A program made the position numbers and the translations under genes. The notes below the pieces were generated by a model. That model was not told where the DNA came from, did no database searches, and saw only the letters and a list, made by a program, of their open reading frames with translations. From NCBI GenBank assembly GCA_035573235.1, contig DATMZX010000331.1, positions 1 through 39,191 on the forward strand: 39,191 nt of DNA. The letters run 5' to 3'. Shown here one piece after another: positions 19,405 through 27,979 of this stretch. Numbering within the stretch: the stretch's first letter is position 1; each line of letters opens with the position of its first letter. The DNA is from Gemmatimonadales bacterium. GTDB lineage: Bacteria; Gemmatimonadota; Gemmatimonadetes; Gemmatimonadales; GWC2-71-9.

Positions 19405-20529
19405 ATGCGGTTGTTCTTCCGTGCCGGATTCGTGGCCCTTTTGACCGCGGGCCTGGCGGCGTGCAACAAGGATTCCGCGAGCCCGGTCGACTTTGAGAAT
19501 CCGGCGGCGGTGTCGGCGAATCTCTCATCCGTCGATTCCACATTCGACAGCGACGTGTTCCGCGCCTTCTCCGTGACGACGTTCATGCTCGACGCGGCGA
19601 CGTCCCCCGCGATTCGCCCCGCGGCGACGCTACTCCAGGCGTTGCATCCGAAGCTCGCGCGCTCCGGGGCTCAGGCGTTCCTGCCCGGCCTGGTCTCGGG
19701 TCGCAAGCTCCAGATGTTGACGCCGCAGCTCAGCCTCTCCGCCGCACAGGGCGCGATCATTCCCGACTCGCTGTACGGACGCGTCTATGTGTGGAATGAC
19801 ACGACCGATACGTACGTGTTTCGGGACTCGACGGTCGCCAACCTCAACGGCGTGCGCTTCGTCTTGTACGCTGTTGGACTCGACAACCAGGTCTTCGAGC
19901 CCGTCACGGCGATCGGCACGCTCGACGTCATCGATGCGAGCACGCCGAACGCGCTGCAGCTGCACGTATTGGTCAAGAACAACGCAGGCACGACGACGTA
20001 CGTCGACTACACGGTGGAGCTGACCGGCAATTCCTCGACCGCGCAGGCAACCGCCACGGGTTCGATTCAGAACGGCCTCGCGCAGCCGAACCATAAGCAG
20101 CTGGAGTTCAACGAGACGCTCACCGTAACCGCGAGCAGCATCCGGGTCGCGGCGACGTTTGGGCTCAACAATCCCGCGACCACGCTGATGCTGAACGAGT
20201 CGCTCAGCTTCAACGATCCGGACCTCGTCATCAATGCCGATTTCCGGATCATCCAGAACCAGCAGACGATCCGGACCGTGGGGCGCATCACGATCAACAA
20301 TCTGAGCCAGGATCTGAACGTCAGCATCACGGTCTATGTCGATGGTCACCCGGTGGCCTCGATCACCGGAGATCCGACGCTGCCGGGAACGCAGTGGGTC
20401 GACGCCGGCGGGGAGCCGCTCACCGCGGCCGACCTCGCGGCGCTGGACGATCTGTTCGACGCACTCGAGCAGTTCGATGCGGCCATATCGGGCTTGTTCT
20501 CACCGATCGGCACGTTCGCCGGTCTCTAG
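19405..20529 (+). CDS. hypothetical lipoprotein (N/T/Q-rich)
   Basis: An internal ATG follows an AGGAGG RBS at 19395-19400. The signal peptide MRLFFRAGFVALLTAGLAAC carries a lipobox (LAAC). No family was recognised. Confidence 0.7.
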   Translation: MRLFFRAGFVALLTAGLAACNKDSASPVDFENPAAVSANLSSVDSTFDSDVFRAFSVTTFMLDAATSPAIRPAATLLQALHPKLARSGAQAFLPGLVSGRKLQMLTPQLSLSAAQGAIIPDSLYGRVYVWNDTTDTYVFRDSTVANLNGVRFVLYAVGLDNQVFEPVTAIGTLDVIDASTPNALQLHVLVKNNAGTTTYVDYTVELTGNSSTAQATATGSIQNGLAQPNHKQLEFNETLTVTASSIRVAATFGLNNPATTLMLNESLSFNDPDLVINADFRIIQNQQTIRTVGRITINNLSQDLNVSITVYVDGHPVASITGDPTLPGTQWVDAGGEPLTAADLAALDDLFDALEQFDAAISGLFSPIGTFAGL

Positions 20530-20543
20530 TCCCTGCAGCACCG

Positions 20544-20584
20544 AACTCCCCGCTCGGCTCTGGCCGGGCGGGGAGTTTTGCTTT
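20544..20584 (+). terminator. rho-independent terminator
   Basis: A 10-bp stem (aactccccgc at 20544-20553 paired with gcggggagtt at 20568-20577) encloses a 14-nt loop and is followed by ttttgcttt. Confidence 0.7.
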
Positions 20585-20606
20585 ATTACCTAGCAGGGAG
20601 GCTCTC

Positions 20607-21902
20607 ATGCCGACACGCCGTCATTTTCTCGGATCGCTGTTCGCCACCACCGCCGCGCTGCCCGCGCTGAAGAGCGACGCGCTCGCGCGCATTCTACCGG
20701 CCGTCCGCACCATCGACGGCCGCGACCCCGCCCAGGTCGCGCAGGACGAAGACTTCTGGCGCGAGATCCAGCAGGCGTTCGACATCGACCGCGGGATGAT
20801 CAATCTGAACAACGGTGGCGTCGCGCCGAGTCCGCGCGTCGTCAATGCCGCCTTCCAGCGCTATCTCGCCGTTTCGAACCAGGCGCCCGCGATCACGATG
20901 TGGGCCTGGATCGAGCCCGCGATCGAAGCGGTGCGCCGCCGTCTCGCCGCGAGCTTCGCGTGCGACCCCGACGAGATGGCGATCACCCGCAACGCGAGTG
21001 AGGCGCTCGAGATCGTGCAGCTGGGGCTGCCGCTGCAGCGCGGCGACGAGGTGCTGACGACGACGCAGGACTATCCGCGCATGATCACGACCTGGAAACA
21101 GCGCGAGCGGCGCGACGGGATCGTGCTCAAACAGATCACGTTCCCGGTTCCCCCACCGTCTCAGGACGATCTCGCGCGGCGCATCGAGGAAGCGGTCACG
21201 CCGCGGACCAAGGTCATCCATATCTGCCATATCACGAACCTCACCGGACAGATCTTCCCGGTGAAGCGGATCGCGCAGTTCGGCCGCGCGCGCGGGATCG
21301 AAGTCATCGTGGACGGCGCACACGCGTACGCGCACTTCCCGTTCACGCGCGACGAGCTCGACTGCGACTACTACGGCACGAGCCTGCACAAGTGGCTGAC
21401 CGCGCCGATCGGCACCGGATTCCTGTACGTGCGCAAGTCGAAGATCGCCAAGGTCTGGCCGATGATGGCGGCGCCGCCGGAGATGAACGACAACATCCGG
21501 AAGTTCGAGGAGATCGGCACGCATCCGGCCGCGAACCACAACGCGATCGTGGAAGCGCTGGATTTCCTGGATGGGATCGGCCCCGAACGGAAAGCCGCGC
21601 GACTCCGCTTCCTGCGGGACCGCTGGGCGCGCCGGCTCGAGAAGGTGCCGGGCGTCAAGATTCTCACCCCGTTCGATGCGGCGCAGTCGTGCGGGCTCGC
21701 GTCATTCACGCCGGGAACGCTCGACGTCGGCAAAGTCACGGCCTATCTGTTCGACCGCCATCGGATCATCGCCACGCCGATCGCGCATCCGGAGTTCAAC
21801 TGCGTCCGGATCACGCCCAACGTCTACACGACGCTCGCCGAGGTGGACCGGTTCGGCGACGTCATGGAAGATCTGCTGCGGAAGGGCCTGCCGACGTCCT
21901 AG
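20607..21902 (+). CDS. class-V aminotransferase-fold PLP enzyme with a twin-arginine signal
   Basis: An internal ATG follows a GGGAGG RBS. The Tat motif is MPTRRHFLGSLFATTAALPAL. The body resembles isopenicillin-N-epimerase or cysteine-desulfurase-like enzymes (ICHITNLTGQ, VDGAHA, GTSLHKWL with the presumed PLP lysine). Confidence 0.8.
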   Translation: MPTRRHFLGSLFATTAALPALKSDALARILPAVRTIDGRDPAQVAQDEDFWREIQQAFDIDRGMINLNNGGVAPSPRVVNAAFQRYLAVSNQAPAITMWAWIEPAIEAVRRRLAASFACDPDEMAITRNASEALEIVQLGLPLQRGDEVLTTTQDYPRMITTWKQRERRDGIVLKQITFPVPPPSQDDLARRIEEAVTPRTKVIHICHITNLTGQIFPVKRIAQFGRARGIEVIVDGAHAYAHFPFTRDELDCDYYGTSLHKWLTAPIGTGFLYVRKSKIAKVWPMMAAPPEMNDNIRKFEEIGTHPAANHNAIVEALDFLDGIGPERKAARLRFLRDRWARRLEKVPGVKILTPFDAAQSCGLASFTPGTLDVGKVTAYLFDRHRIIATPIAHPEFNCVRITPNVYTTLAEVDRFGDVMEDLLRKGLPTS

Positions 21903-22687
21903 GGCAGCAGCGCCACGATCCGGAGCGGCCCGCCCGAGCCCCCGCCGATCTTCATCGGCAGCGCGATCACGTACGCGCCCGTCACGGGGACCTTGTCGAG
22001 ATTGGCGACGTTCTCGAATGCCGGGATGTTCGACGCAAACAGCCGGCGATGCACCACGTACGTGGCCGACTGGCCGTAATCGATGCTCGGCGTATCGATG
22101 CCCACGGCTTTGACGCGCCGCCGCACCAGCGCTCGCGCCGCGTCGAGATCGAGCCCCGGGAAATGGAGCTCGGCGACGCCGGCGGCTCCCTTTTTCGTGG
22201 TGCCGAGATAGCGCGCGGCGTCCGGCCAGAGGCTTCCCCACCCCGTGCGGATCAGCACGATCGACCCTTCCGGGATCTCGCCGTGCGCCGTTTCCCAGTC
22301 GCTGATATCGGACTGATGCACCCGAAAGTCGGCGCTCGAATTCGCTTTCTGGCTGACGTCGATGATGACCGCGGGTCCCATCAGCTGATTGAGCGGAATC
22401 TGGTCGGTGCTGCGCTTCTTCTCGACGAAGTGCACCGGCGCGTCGAGATGCGTGCCCCCGTGCTCGGCGGCGGAGAAATTGTTCGCGGAGTAGTAATAGC
22501 CGGCCGGAACGCGCCGCGCGGAAACGACGGTCAGATGAAACGGCTCGGCGGTGGGCCAGTAGAGCGTGGTCGAGTCGAACGTGTAGGTCAGATCGATCCA
22601 ATTGCCGGCCGCGAGGCGCGCGGCGAGGGACGGCTCGCGGCACGCCACGAACGGCAAGAGCGACACGGCGATCAGCAAACGGCGCAT
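21899..22687 (-). CDS. putative cyclase / arylformamidase-family protein, secreted
   Basis: An internal ATG at 22687 follows a GGGGAGA RBS. The signal or lipoprotein-like N-terminus is MRRLLIAVSLLPFVAC. Cyclase-family motifs are present (EHGGTHLDAPVHF, IDVS, LIRTGW). Its stop overlaps the convergent aminotransferase stop by 4 nt. Confidence 0.8.
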   Translation of the reverse strand: MRRLLIAVSLLPFVACREPSLAARLAAGNWIDLTYTFDSTTLYWPTAEPFHLTVVSARRVPAGYYYSANNFSAAEHGGTHLDAPVHFVEKKRSTDQIPLNQLMGPAVIIDVSQKANSSADFRVHQSDISDWETAHGEIPEGSIVLIRTGWGSLWPDAARYLGTTKKGAAGVAELHFPGLDLDAARALVRRRVKAVGIDTPSIDYGQSATYVVHRRLFASNIPAFENVANLDKVPVTGAYVIALPMKIGGGSGGPLRIVALLP

Positions 22688-22751
22688 GGTCTCTCCCCTT
22701 TGGGGCGCTGTTGAGTTGCGGGCGCGAGCCACATTGTTAAAGTTGCGGGGC

Positions 22752-22985
22752 ATGAAATCAATCCTGCTGGTCGTATCTATCGGTTTGATGCTCGGTTGCG
22801 GGTCCGACAAGTCCAGCCAAACGGTCAATCGCGATACCCTCACCGAGCGCCAAAAAGACAGCATTCTGGCGAACTCGAAGATTCCGGGCGCGCGCGGGGT
22901 GGGCAGCGCGCTGCGGGCTTCCGATTCGGTCGGCGCCCACGTGCAGCGCGCCGATTCGGTCGCGAGCGACACCACGGATCACTGA
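22752..22985 (+). CDS. small lipoprotein (77 aa)
   Basis: The signal peptide MKSILLVVSIGLMLGC carries a lipobox. The stop overlaps the next ATG by 1 nt (TGATG; TGA 22983-22985, ATG 22985-22987). Confidence 0.55.
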   Translation: MKSILLVVSIGLMLGCGSDKSSQTVNRDTLTERQKDSILANSKIPGARGVGSALRASDSVGAHVQRADSVASDTTDH

Positions 22986-23497
22986 TGCGGCTCGCCGGCC
23001 TGGCGCCCTTCGGCATCGCCGCCCTGGCGGTCGCCGCATGTGGTCCTCGCACACCCTGCTCCGGTCACCAATTCGACCGCCTGAGCCGCTACTCGCTGCC
23101 GTATGCCGGGCATTGGATCGTCGCGCGCGGCGACACGCTCACGTTCCCCGACGCGCCGGCGATGAGCGACCGGTTTCGCCTGACCGACATCGTCCTCGAT
23201 ACGGCCACGGTGCTGGCGGATCGCGAATGCATCTTCCGCGGACAAGTCGTGTTTCGCGCGCCTCGCGCTGAAACGCTGGCGGTGAGCTGGTTCGGTCAGC
23301 CCGAGCACGCGATCGTCAGCGGCTGGCCCGCCGAGCTCGGGCCGTTCGCGGGGCTGTCGCTCACCTGGTCGGGGAAGGATTCGGTGTCCGGAGCGATCCT
23401 CATGGATTCGAAGCTCGGAGTCCAGGCAAAGCCCGGAATGACGGCGCAATTCGTGGCGGGCCGAGCGGGCCGGCAAAGGTTATCTTCTCCGCCATGA
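22985..23497 (+). CDS. lipoprotein (170 aa), hypothetical
   Basis: The signal peptide MRLAGLAPFGIAALAVAAC carries a lipobox. It is translationally coupled on both sides. Confidence 0.6.
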   Translation: MRLAGLAPFGIAALAVAACGPRTPCSGHQFDRLSRYSLPYAGHWIVARGDTLTFPDAPAMSDRFRLTDIVLDTATVLADRECIFRGQVVFRAPRAETLAVSWFGQPEHAIVSGWPAELGPFAGLSLTWSGKDSVSGAILMDSKLGVQAKPGMTAQFVAGRAGRQRLSSPP

Positions 23498-23889
23498 GAG
23501 GCTTCGTCGTTCGACTGCTGATCACGGCGCTGGGGTTGTGGGTCGCCGACCAGCTGCTGGGCGGGATTACCATCACCGGCACCGGCGCGCTCATCATCTC
23601 GGCGCTGCTGCTCGGCGTCGTGAACGCGATCATTCGACCCATCATCCTCGTTCTCACGCTGCCGCTCACGGTTCTGACCCTGGGTTTCTTCATCCTCATC
23701 GTGAACGGGATCTCGCTCGCCATCGCCGCATGGCTCGTGCCCGGATTCCAAATCGCCGGCCTGTGGTCCGCGACGCTCGGCGCGATCATCGTCGGACTCA
23801 CGGGATGGGCCGCGTCGGCGTTCATCGGGGGATCGGGAAAAATCGAGCGGATGCAACGGATCGAGACCACCGGCCGACGCCTCGACTAG
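23494..23889 (+). CDS. four-TM membrane protein, phage-holin superfamily IV / YvlD-like
   Basis: 131 aa. The sequence LLITALGLWVADQLL...VNAIIRPIILVLTLPLTVLTLGFFILIVNG...AAWLVPGF matches the PF04020-type family as I recall it. The start forms an ATGA overlap. Confidence 0.75.
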   Translation: MRGFVVRLLITALGLWVADQLLGGITITGTGALIISALLLGVVNAIIRPIILVLTLPLTVLTLGFFILIVNGISLAIAAWLVPGFQIAGLWSATLGAIIVGLTGWAASAFIGGSGKIERMQRIETTGRRLD

Positions 23890-23922
23890 TCGTTCCAACC
23901 GTACGCAAAGAGAGCTTTCCTC

Positions 23923-25284
23923 ATGCTGTTGAACCTCGTGTTCGCGTCGCTGCTCGTCGTGCAGGGCACCACCGGCACTCCTTCCCTGACAGTCACCGCC
24001 AACCGGCCCCTGGGCACGCTCCGGGAACAGGCCGTACTCCAGCAGCAGTGGCTGCAGTACCGCCTCGACTCGGTGCTGCCGCGCCTGATGCGCCAGCATG
24101 GCATCGAGATGTGGATCGTCGCGATGCGGGAATACAACGAGGATCCCGTGTTCTGGTCGCTCGTCTCGCCAACCACGATGTTCGCGCGGCGCCGTACGAT
24201 CTACGTCTTCACCGACCGGGGACCGGAGCGCGGCATCGAGCGGCTCGCCCTGGGCGGCGGCTCACAGGGCGGCGCGTACGAAGCCTACACCGCGCGCGAC
24301 ACGGTCGACCCATCGATTGGTCGCCGTCCCGAGCTGGTCGGCCAGGGCCAGTGGGACCTGCTGACGCGCGTGGTGCGCGAGCGCGATCCCAAGACCATTG
24401 CCGTCGATATCTCGCAAACGCACGCGTTCTCCGACGGCCTGTCGGCCGGAGAATGGGAGCAGCTGTCGCACGCGCTGCCGGAGGGGTACGCCTCGCGCGT
24501 GACGCACGCCGAGCGGCTGGCGCTCGACTATCAGTCGATCCGCGCGCCGGGCATGATGCCCGCGTACAAGCGGATGATGGAAGTGGTCTGGGCGATCATC
24601 GATACCGCATTTTCGAACAAAGTGATCACCCCTGGAAAGACCACGACGACTGACGTGGTGTGGTGGATGCGGCAGCGCGTCAACGACCTCGGCCTCGGCA
24701 CCTGGTTCCACACCGATGTGGACGTGCAGCGGCGCGGTCAGGATCTCAGCGGCCTCGATACGGTCGTGATTCAGCGTGGCGACGTGCTGCATTGCGATTT
24801 CGGGATCACGGCGCTCGGGTTGAACACCGACACGCAGCACATGGGATACGTGCTCCGCGACGGCGAGCGCGATGCGCCGGCCGGGCTGAAACGCGCGCTG
24901 CAGAACTCCAATCGCCTGCAGGACCTGCTACTCGCGGAAATGCGGCCGGGCCGCTCCGGAAACGACGTGCTCGCCGCCACGCTCACGGCGATGCGGGCCG
25001 CCGGGGTCAACGGCACCGTCTACACGCATCCGATCGGTGACCGCGGCCATGGGGCCGGGCCGCTGATTGGGCTCTGGGACCATCAGGAAGGCGTCCCCGG
25101 CCGCGGCGACACTCCCCTGCTTCCCGGTACCTGGTTCTCGATCGAGCTGCAAGCCACGACGCCGGTCCAGGAATGGGGCGGTCAGCCCGTACGGTCGGCG
25201 CAGGAAGAAGACGCGGAGCTGGGCACCGACGGCGCGATGCGGTGGATCCTGCGCCGCCAGACCGCCTTTCACATCGTTCGGTAG
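23923..25284 (+). CDS. M24-family metallopeptidase (Xaa-Pro aminopeptidase-like), secreted
   Basis: 453 aa with a signal-like N-terminus. Pita-bread fold metal-ligand contexts are present (GDVLHCDFGI, YTHPIGDRGHGAGP, FSIELQ). Confidence 0.8.
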   Translation: MLLNLVFASLLVVQGTTGTPSLTVTANRPLGTLREQAVLQQQWLQYRLDSVLPRLMRQHGIEMWIVAMREYNEDPVFWSLVSPTTMFARRRTIYVFTDRGPERGIERLALGGGSQGGAYEAYTARDTVDPSIGRRPELVGQGQWDLLTRVVRERDPKTIAVDISQTHAFSDGLSAGEWEQLSHALPEGYASRVTHAERLALDYQSIRAPGMMPAYKRMMEVVWAIIDTAFSNKVITPGKTTTTDVVWWMRQRVNDLGLGTWFHTDVDVQRRGQDLSGLDTVVIQRGDVLHCDFGITALGLNTDTQHMGYVLRDGERDAPAGLKRALQNSNRLQDLLLAEMRPGRSGNDVLAATLTAMRAAGVNGTVYTHPIGDRGHGAGPLIGLWDHQEGVPGRGDTPLLPGTWFSIELQATTPVQEWGGQPVRSAQEEDAELGTDGAMRWILRRQTAFHIVR

Positions 25285-25290
25285 CGGTGG

Positions 25291-26070
25291 ATGGTCTGTA
25301 AGCTATGCGGCTCGACCGATCTGAAGCTCTTCTACACCCAGGGCGATCAACGGCAATTCAAATTCTATCGGTGCAAAAACTGCACACTCGTCCTGTATGA
25401 CACGACCACCGGTGTAAACCAGGAGAAATACATCCTCACGCGCGTGGATCCGCGCGCGAATACCCGCCAGAACCGCGGCCATCGCCAGACCTACGCCTTC
25501 ATCAAGCGCCATACAACACGTTCGGGCCGCATGCTCGATCTCGGCTGCGGCGACGGGACGGTCCTCTGGCTGGCGCGCGAAGACGGATGGCAGGTCCACG
25601 GCGTGGAGCTCTTCCCGGAGCACGCCACGCTCGTCCATGAATCGCTGGGGTTCGAGGTCGACGTTTCGGATATCACGGCGTATCAAGGCGTGAAAGAAGC
25701 GTGGGACTGCGTGGTGTTGACCCACGTGCTGGAGCACCTGCCCGACCCGGTTGGCGCGCTCATCAAGATTCGCGGGCTGCTCAAGCCGGGCGGTGTCGGC
25801 GTGCTCGAATTCCCGAATATCGACGCGCTCGATGCGCGCCTGCGGCGAGCGCTCGACCGGCTCCGCCTCCACCGGCGGCAATACGCGCACACATATGTGC
25901 CGGGACACGTCCAGGAGTTCTGTCGCGCCTCATTCGAGTTTGCCGCCCGTCAGGCGGGACTCGTGCTTGAAGTCTGGGAAACGTACTCCATCAACCCCGT
26001 GCAGTACGCGCTGTTTCGGAATCTGCCCATCGGCAACAAAGCCCGAGTATTAGTCCGGAGACCTGCATGA
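25291..26070 (+). CDS. class I SAM-dependent methyltransferase with an N-terminal Zn-ribbon
   Basis: The pairs CKLCGS...CKNC form the Zn-ribbon. The SAM motif I is MLDLGCGDGT, followed by the post-I acidic residue and VLEHLPDP. Confidence 0.8.
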   Translation: MVCKLCGSTDLKLFYTQGDQRQFKFYRCKNCTLVLYDTTTGVNQEKYILTRVDPRANTRQNRGHRQTYAFIKRHTTRSGRMLDLGCGDGTVLWLAREDGWQVHGVELFPEHATLVHESLGFEVDVSDITAYQGVKEAWDCVVLTHVLEHLPDPVGALIKIRGLLKPGGVGVLEFPNIDALDARLRRALDRLRLHRRQYAHTYVPGHVQEFCRASFEFAARQAGLVLEVWETYSINPVQYALFRNLPIGNKARVLVRRPA

Positions 26071-27155
26071 TCGACATCGAAACCCCCGCGCTGCTGCTCC
26101 ATCAGGACGTGATGGAGCGCAACCTCCAGCATATGGCCGGCCGCGCCAAACGACTCGGCGTGGCGCTGCGGCCGCACATCAAGACGCACAAGTGTCTCGA
26201 GCTGGGACGCCGGCAGGTGGCGCACGGCGCGAAGGGCGTGACCGTCTCGACGCTGTTCGAGGCCGAGGCATTTGCCAACGGGGGATTCACCGACCTCACC
26301 TGGGCATTTCCATTGGATCGGACCCACGTGCCGCACGTGCAGCGCATCGTCGAGCGCGGCGTGACGCTGCGTGTCGTGTTGGACGATCTCGAAACGGCGC
26401 GCGCGGTCGCGGGGTCTGGTTTGCATGTGTGGCTCAAGGTGGACTGCGGCTACCATCGCGCCGGCGTCGATCCATCGTCGCGATACGGCCTGGAGGTCGC
26501 GCGCGAGCTGGGCGCGGAGCGCGGCATCACCTTCGATGGCATCCTCAGCCACTCGGGCCACGCCTATCGCACGCGCAACACGGAGGAAGCCGCGCAGATC
26601 GCCGAGCAGGAGCGTCAGGTGATGGCCTGGTTCGCCGAGCTGCTGCGCAAGGATGGGCTGCCGGTGCGCGGCGTCAGCGTCGGCTCGACGCCCGCGATGG
26701 TGGCCGTAAAAGACTTGACGGGCGTCACAGAAGCACGGCCCGGGAACTACATCTTCTACGATCGAACGATGGTGCTGATCGGCTGTTGTGAGCCCAGGGA
26801 TGTTGCGGTGACGGTCCTCGCCACAGTGGTGTCACACCAACCCGGCGCGTCGCATTTCGTGGTCGATGCGGGCGCGCTGTCGCTGTCCAAGGATCTGGGG
26901 CCGTCCCACCTCGGCCTGGAGACAGCGTACGGCGAAGTCAAAGGACATCCGGAGCTGAGCGTCGCGTCGGTGTCGCAGGAACATGGGCTCATTCGCGCCG
27001 CGAACCCGGCCGCCATCGAGGGCAAGTTCAAAGTCGGTCAGCAAATCGAAATCGTTCCCAATCATTCGTGTCTGACGGAAGCACATTTCGACGAATACGT
27101 GGTCGTGCAAGGAGATCGAATCATGGATCGCTGGCATATCGAGCGTGGCCGATGA
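26067..27155 (+). CDS. DSD1-family PLP enzyme (D-serine dehydratase / D-threonine aldolase-like, alanine-racemase N-terminal fold)
   Basis: The N-terminus is ETPALLLHQDVMERNL. The PLP-lysine motif is LRPHIKTHK and the C-terminal motif is VPNHSCLT. The start forms an ATGA overlap. Confidence 0.8.
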   Translation: MIDIETPALLLHQDVMERNLQHMAGRAKRLGVALRPHIKTHKCLELGRRQVAHGAKGVTVSTLFEAEAFANGGFTDLTWAFPLDRTHVPHVQRIVERGVTLRVVLDDLETARAVAGSGLHVWLKVDCGYHRAGVDPSSRYGLEVARELGAERGITFDGILSHSGHAYRTRNTEEAAQIAEQERQVMAWFAELLRKDGLPVRGVSVGSTPAMVAVKDLTGVTEARPGNYIFYDRTMVLIGCCEPRDVAVTVLATVVSHQPGASHFVVDAGALSLSKDLGPSHLGLETAYGEVKGHPELSVASVSQEHGLIRAANPAAIEGKFKVGQQIEIVPNHSCLTEAHFDEYVVVQGDRIMDRWHIERGR

Positions 27156-27436
27156 GGATCTATCTCCGGCATTTCTTCATCGCGCTGTTACCGCTGATCA
27201 TTGGACTGGCCGCGAGCTGGGGCTTCGCGTTCTCGCAGAACACGTGCGGCCGGCTCGTCGGTCCGATCTTCGCGCCCAAGTGTCACTGGATTCAGCTCGA
27301 GTACCAGCTCGGCTTTCAGATGGCCGGGACGGCGCTCGGGTGTCTCATCGCCGTCGTTGTCGGTGCGTCGCTGGAGCGCCGCAGCCGGCGCAAGAGAGAA
27401 GACGTCGAACCCATCACTGAAGGAGTGTCCGCATGA
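27152..27436 (+). CDS. small two-TM membrane protein (94 aa)
   Basis: An internal ATG is coupled to the upstream stop (ATGA). There are two hydrophobic spans (FFIALLPLIIGLAASWGFAF and GTALGCLIAVVVGA) and a basic tail. Confidence 0.5.
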   Translation: MRIYLRHFFIALLPLIIGLAASWGFAFSQNTCGRLVGPIFAPKCHWIQLEYQLGFQMAGTALGCLIAVVVGASLERRSRRKREDVEPITEGVSA

Positions 27437-27867
27437 AAGCGCTCCGCATACTGGTTGTGCTGCTTGGATTGGCGGGACCACTCATCGCCCAGGATTCGAC
27501 CCCGGCGCGGCCGGCCGCCCCCGCCCCCGCCCCCGCGGCGGCCCCGAGCAATGTGAGTGTCGAGGCGGTCCTGGCGCGCACGTTGGTCGATCGCGCTCCG
27601 CAGGATACGGGAACCGCGTTCCCCGACAGTGTCGGAACGATCGTGTTGTGGATGCGCGCGAGCGGCGCGAGCGGGCAGACGCTGCACCATGTGTGGTTTT
27701 ACGGCGACACGGAAGTCGGCAATGTGCCGCTGACGATCTCGGGATCGCCCTGGAGGACGTGGAGCCGGAAGACGGTGCCGGCGGAGGCGAAGGGGGCGTG
27801 GCATGTGGAGATTCGGGATGACGCCGGGACCGTTCTGAAAAGAATCGACTTCACGGTTGGGCAATAA
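27433..27867 (+). CDS. DUF2914-like secreted protein
   Basis: 144 aa with signal peptide MKALRILVVLLGLAGPLIAQ, a P/A-rich linker and a C-terminal module (LHHVWFYGDTEV...WRTWSRK...GAWHVEIRD) resembling DUF2914. Confidence 0.65.
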   Translation: MKALRILVVLLGLAGPLIAQDSTPARPAAPAPAPAAAPSNVSVEAVLARTLVDRAPQDTGTAFPDSVGTIVLWMRASGASGQTLHHVWFYGDTEVGNVPLTISGSPWRTWSRKTVPAEAKGAWHVEIRDDAGTVLKRIDFTVGQ

Positions 27868-27880
27868 CCAGGAAAGGCCA

Positions 27881-27979
27881 AGACTAGACGTCTAGACGTC
27901 CGGCGGCTGCAGGTTGTAGGGTGCAGGACTTCCTGCACACTCGGCCCTAGTCACCGCGAGACGTCTAGACGTCTAGTTT
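27881..27979. repeat. hyphenated palindrome of about 100 bp: perfect 18-bp inverted repeats made of tandem AGACGTCT octamers, flanking an inner 8-bp-stem hairpin
   Basis: The left arm actagacgtctagacgtc (27883-27900) is the exact reverse complement of the right arm gacgtctagacgtctagt (27960-27977). The inner palindrome is gtgcagga-ct-tcctgcac (27921-27938). The right arm is followed by TTTTT. There are six CTAG tetramers within 27884-27993. Confidence 0.9.

Noticed and set aside
23494-23889. The holin-family hit as evidence for a prophage lysis cassette.
   Set aside because: There is no endolysin, spanin, integrase, terminase or structural gene nearby. The neighbours are lipoproteins and metabolic enzymes. 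YvlD/PF04020-type proteins are widespread chromosomal membrane proteins.
27881-27979. The palindromic element as a CRISPR repeat pair or as a small-RNA or tRNA-like gene.
   Set aside because: There are only two arms, in inverted rather than direct orientation, and no cas genes. No cloverleaf or conserved ncRNA motif could be folded. Operator, terminator or MITE-like explanations fit better (see the findings).
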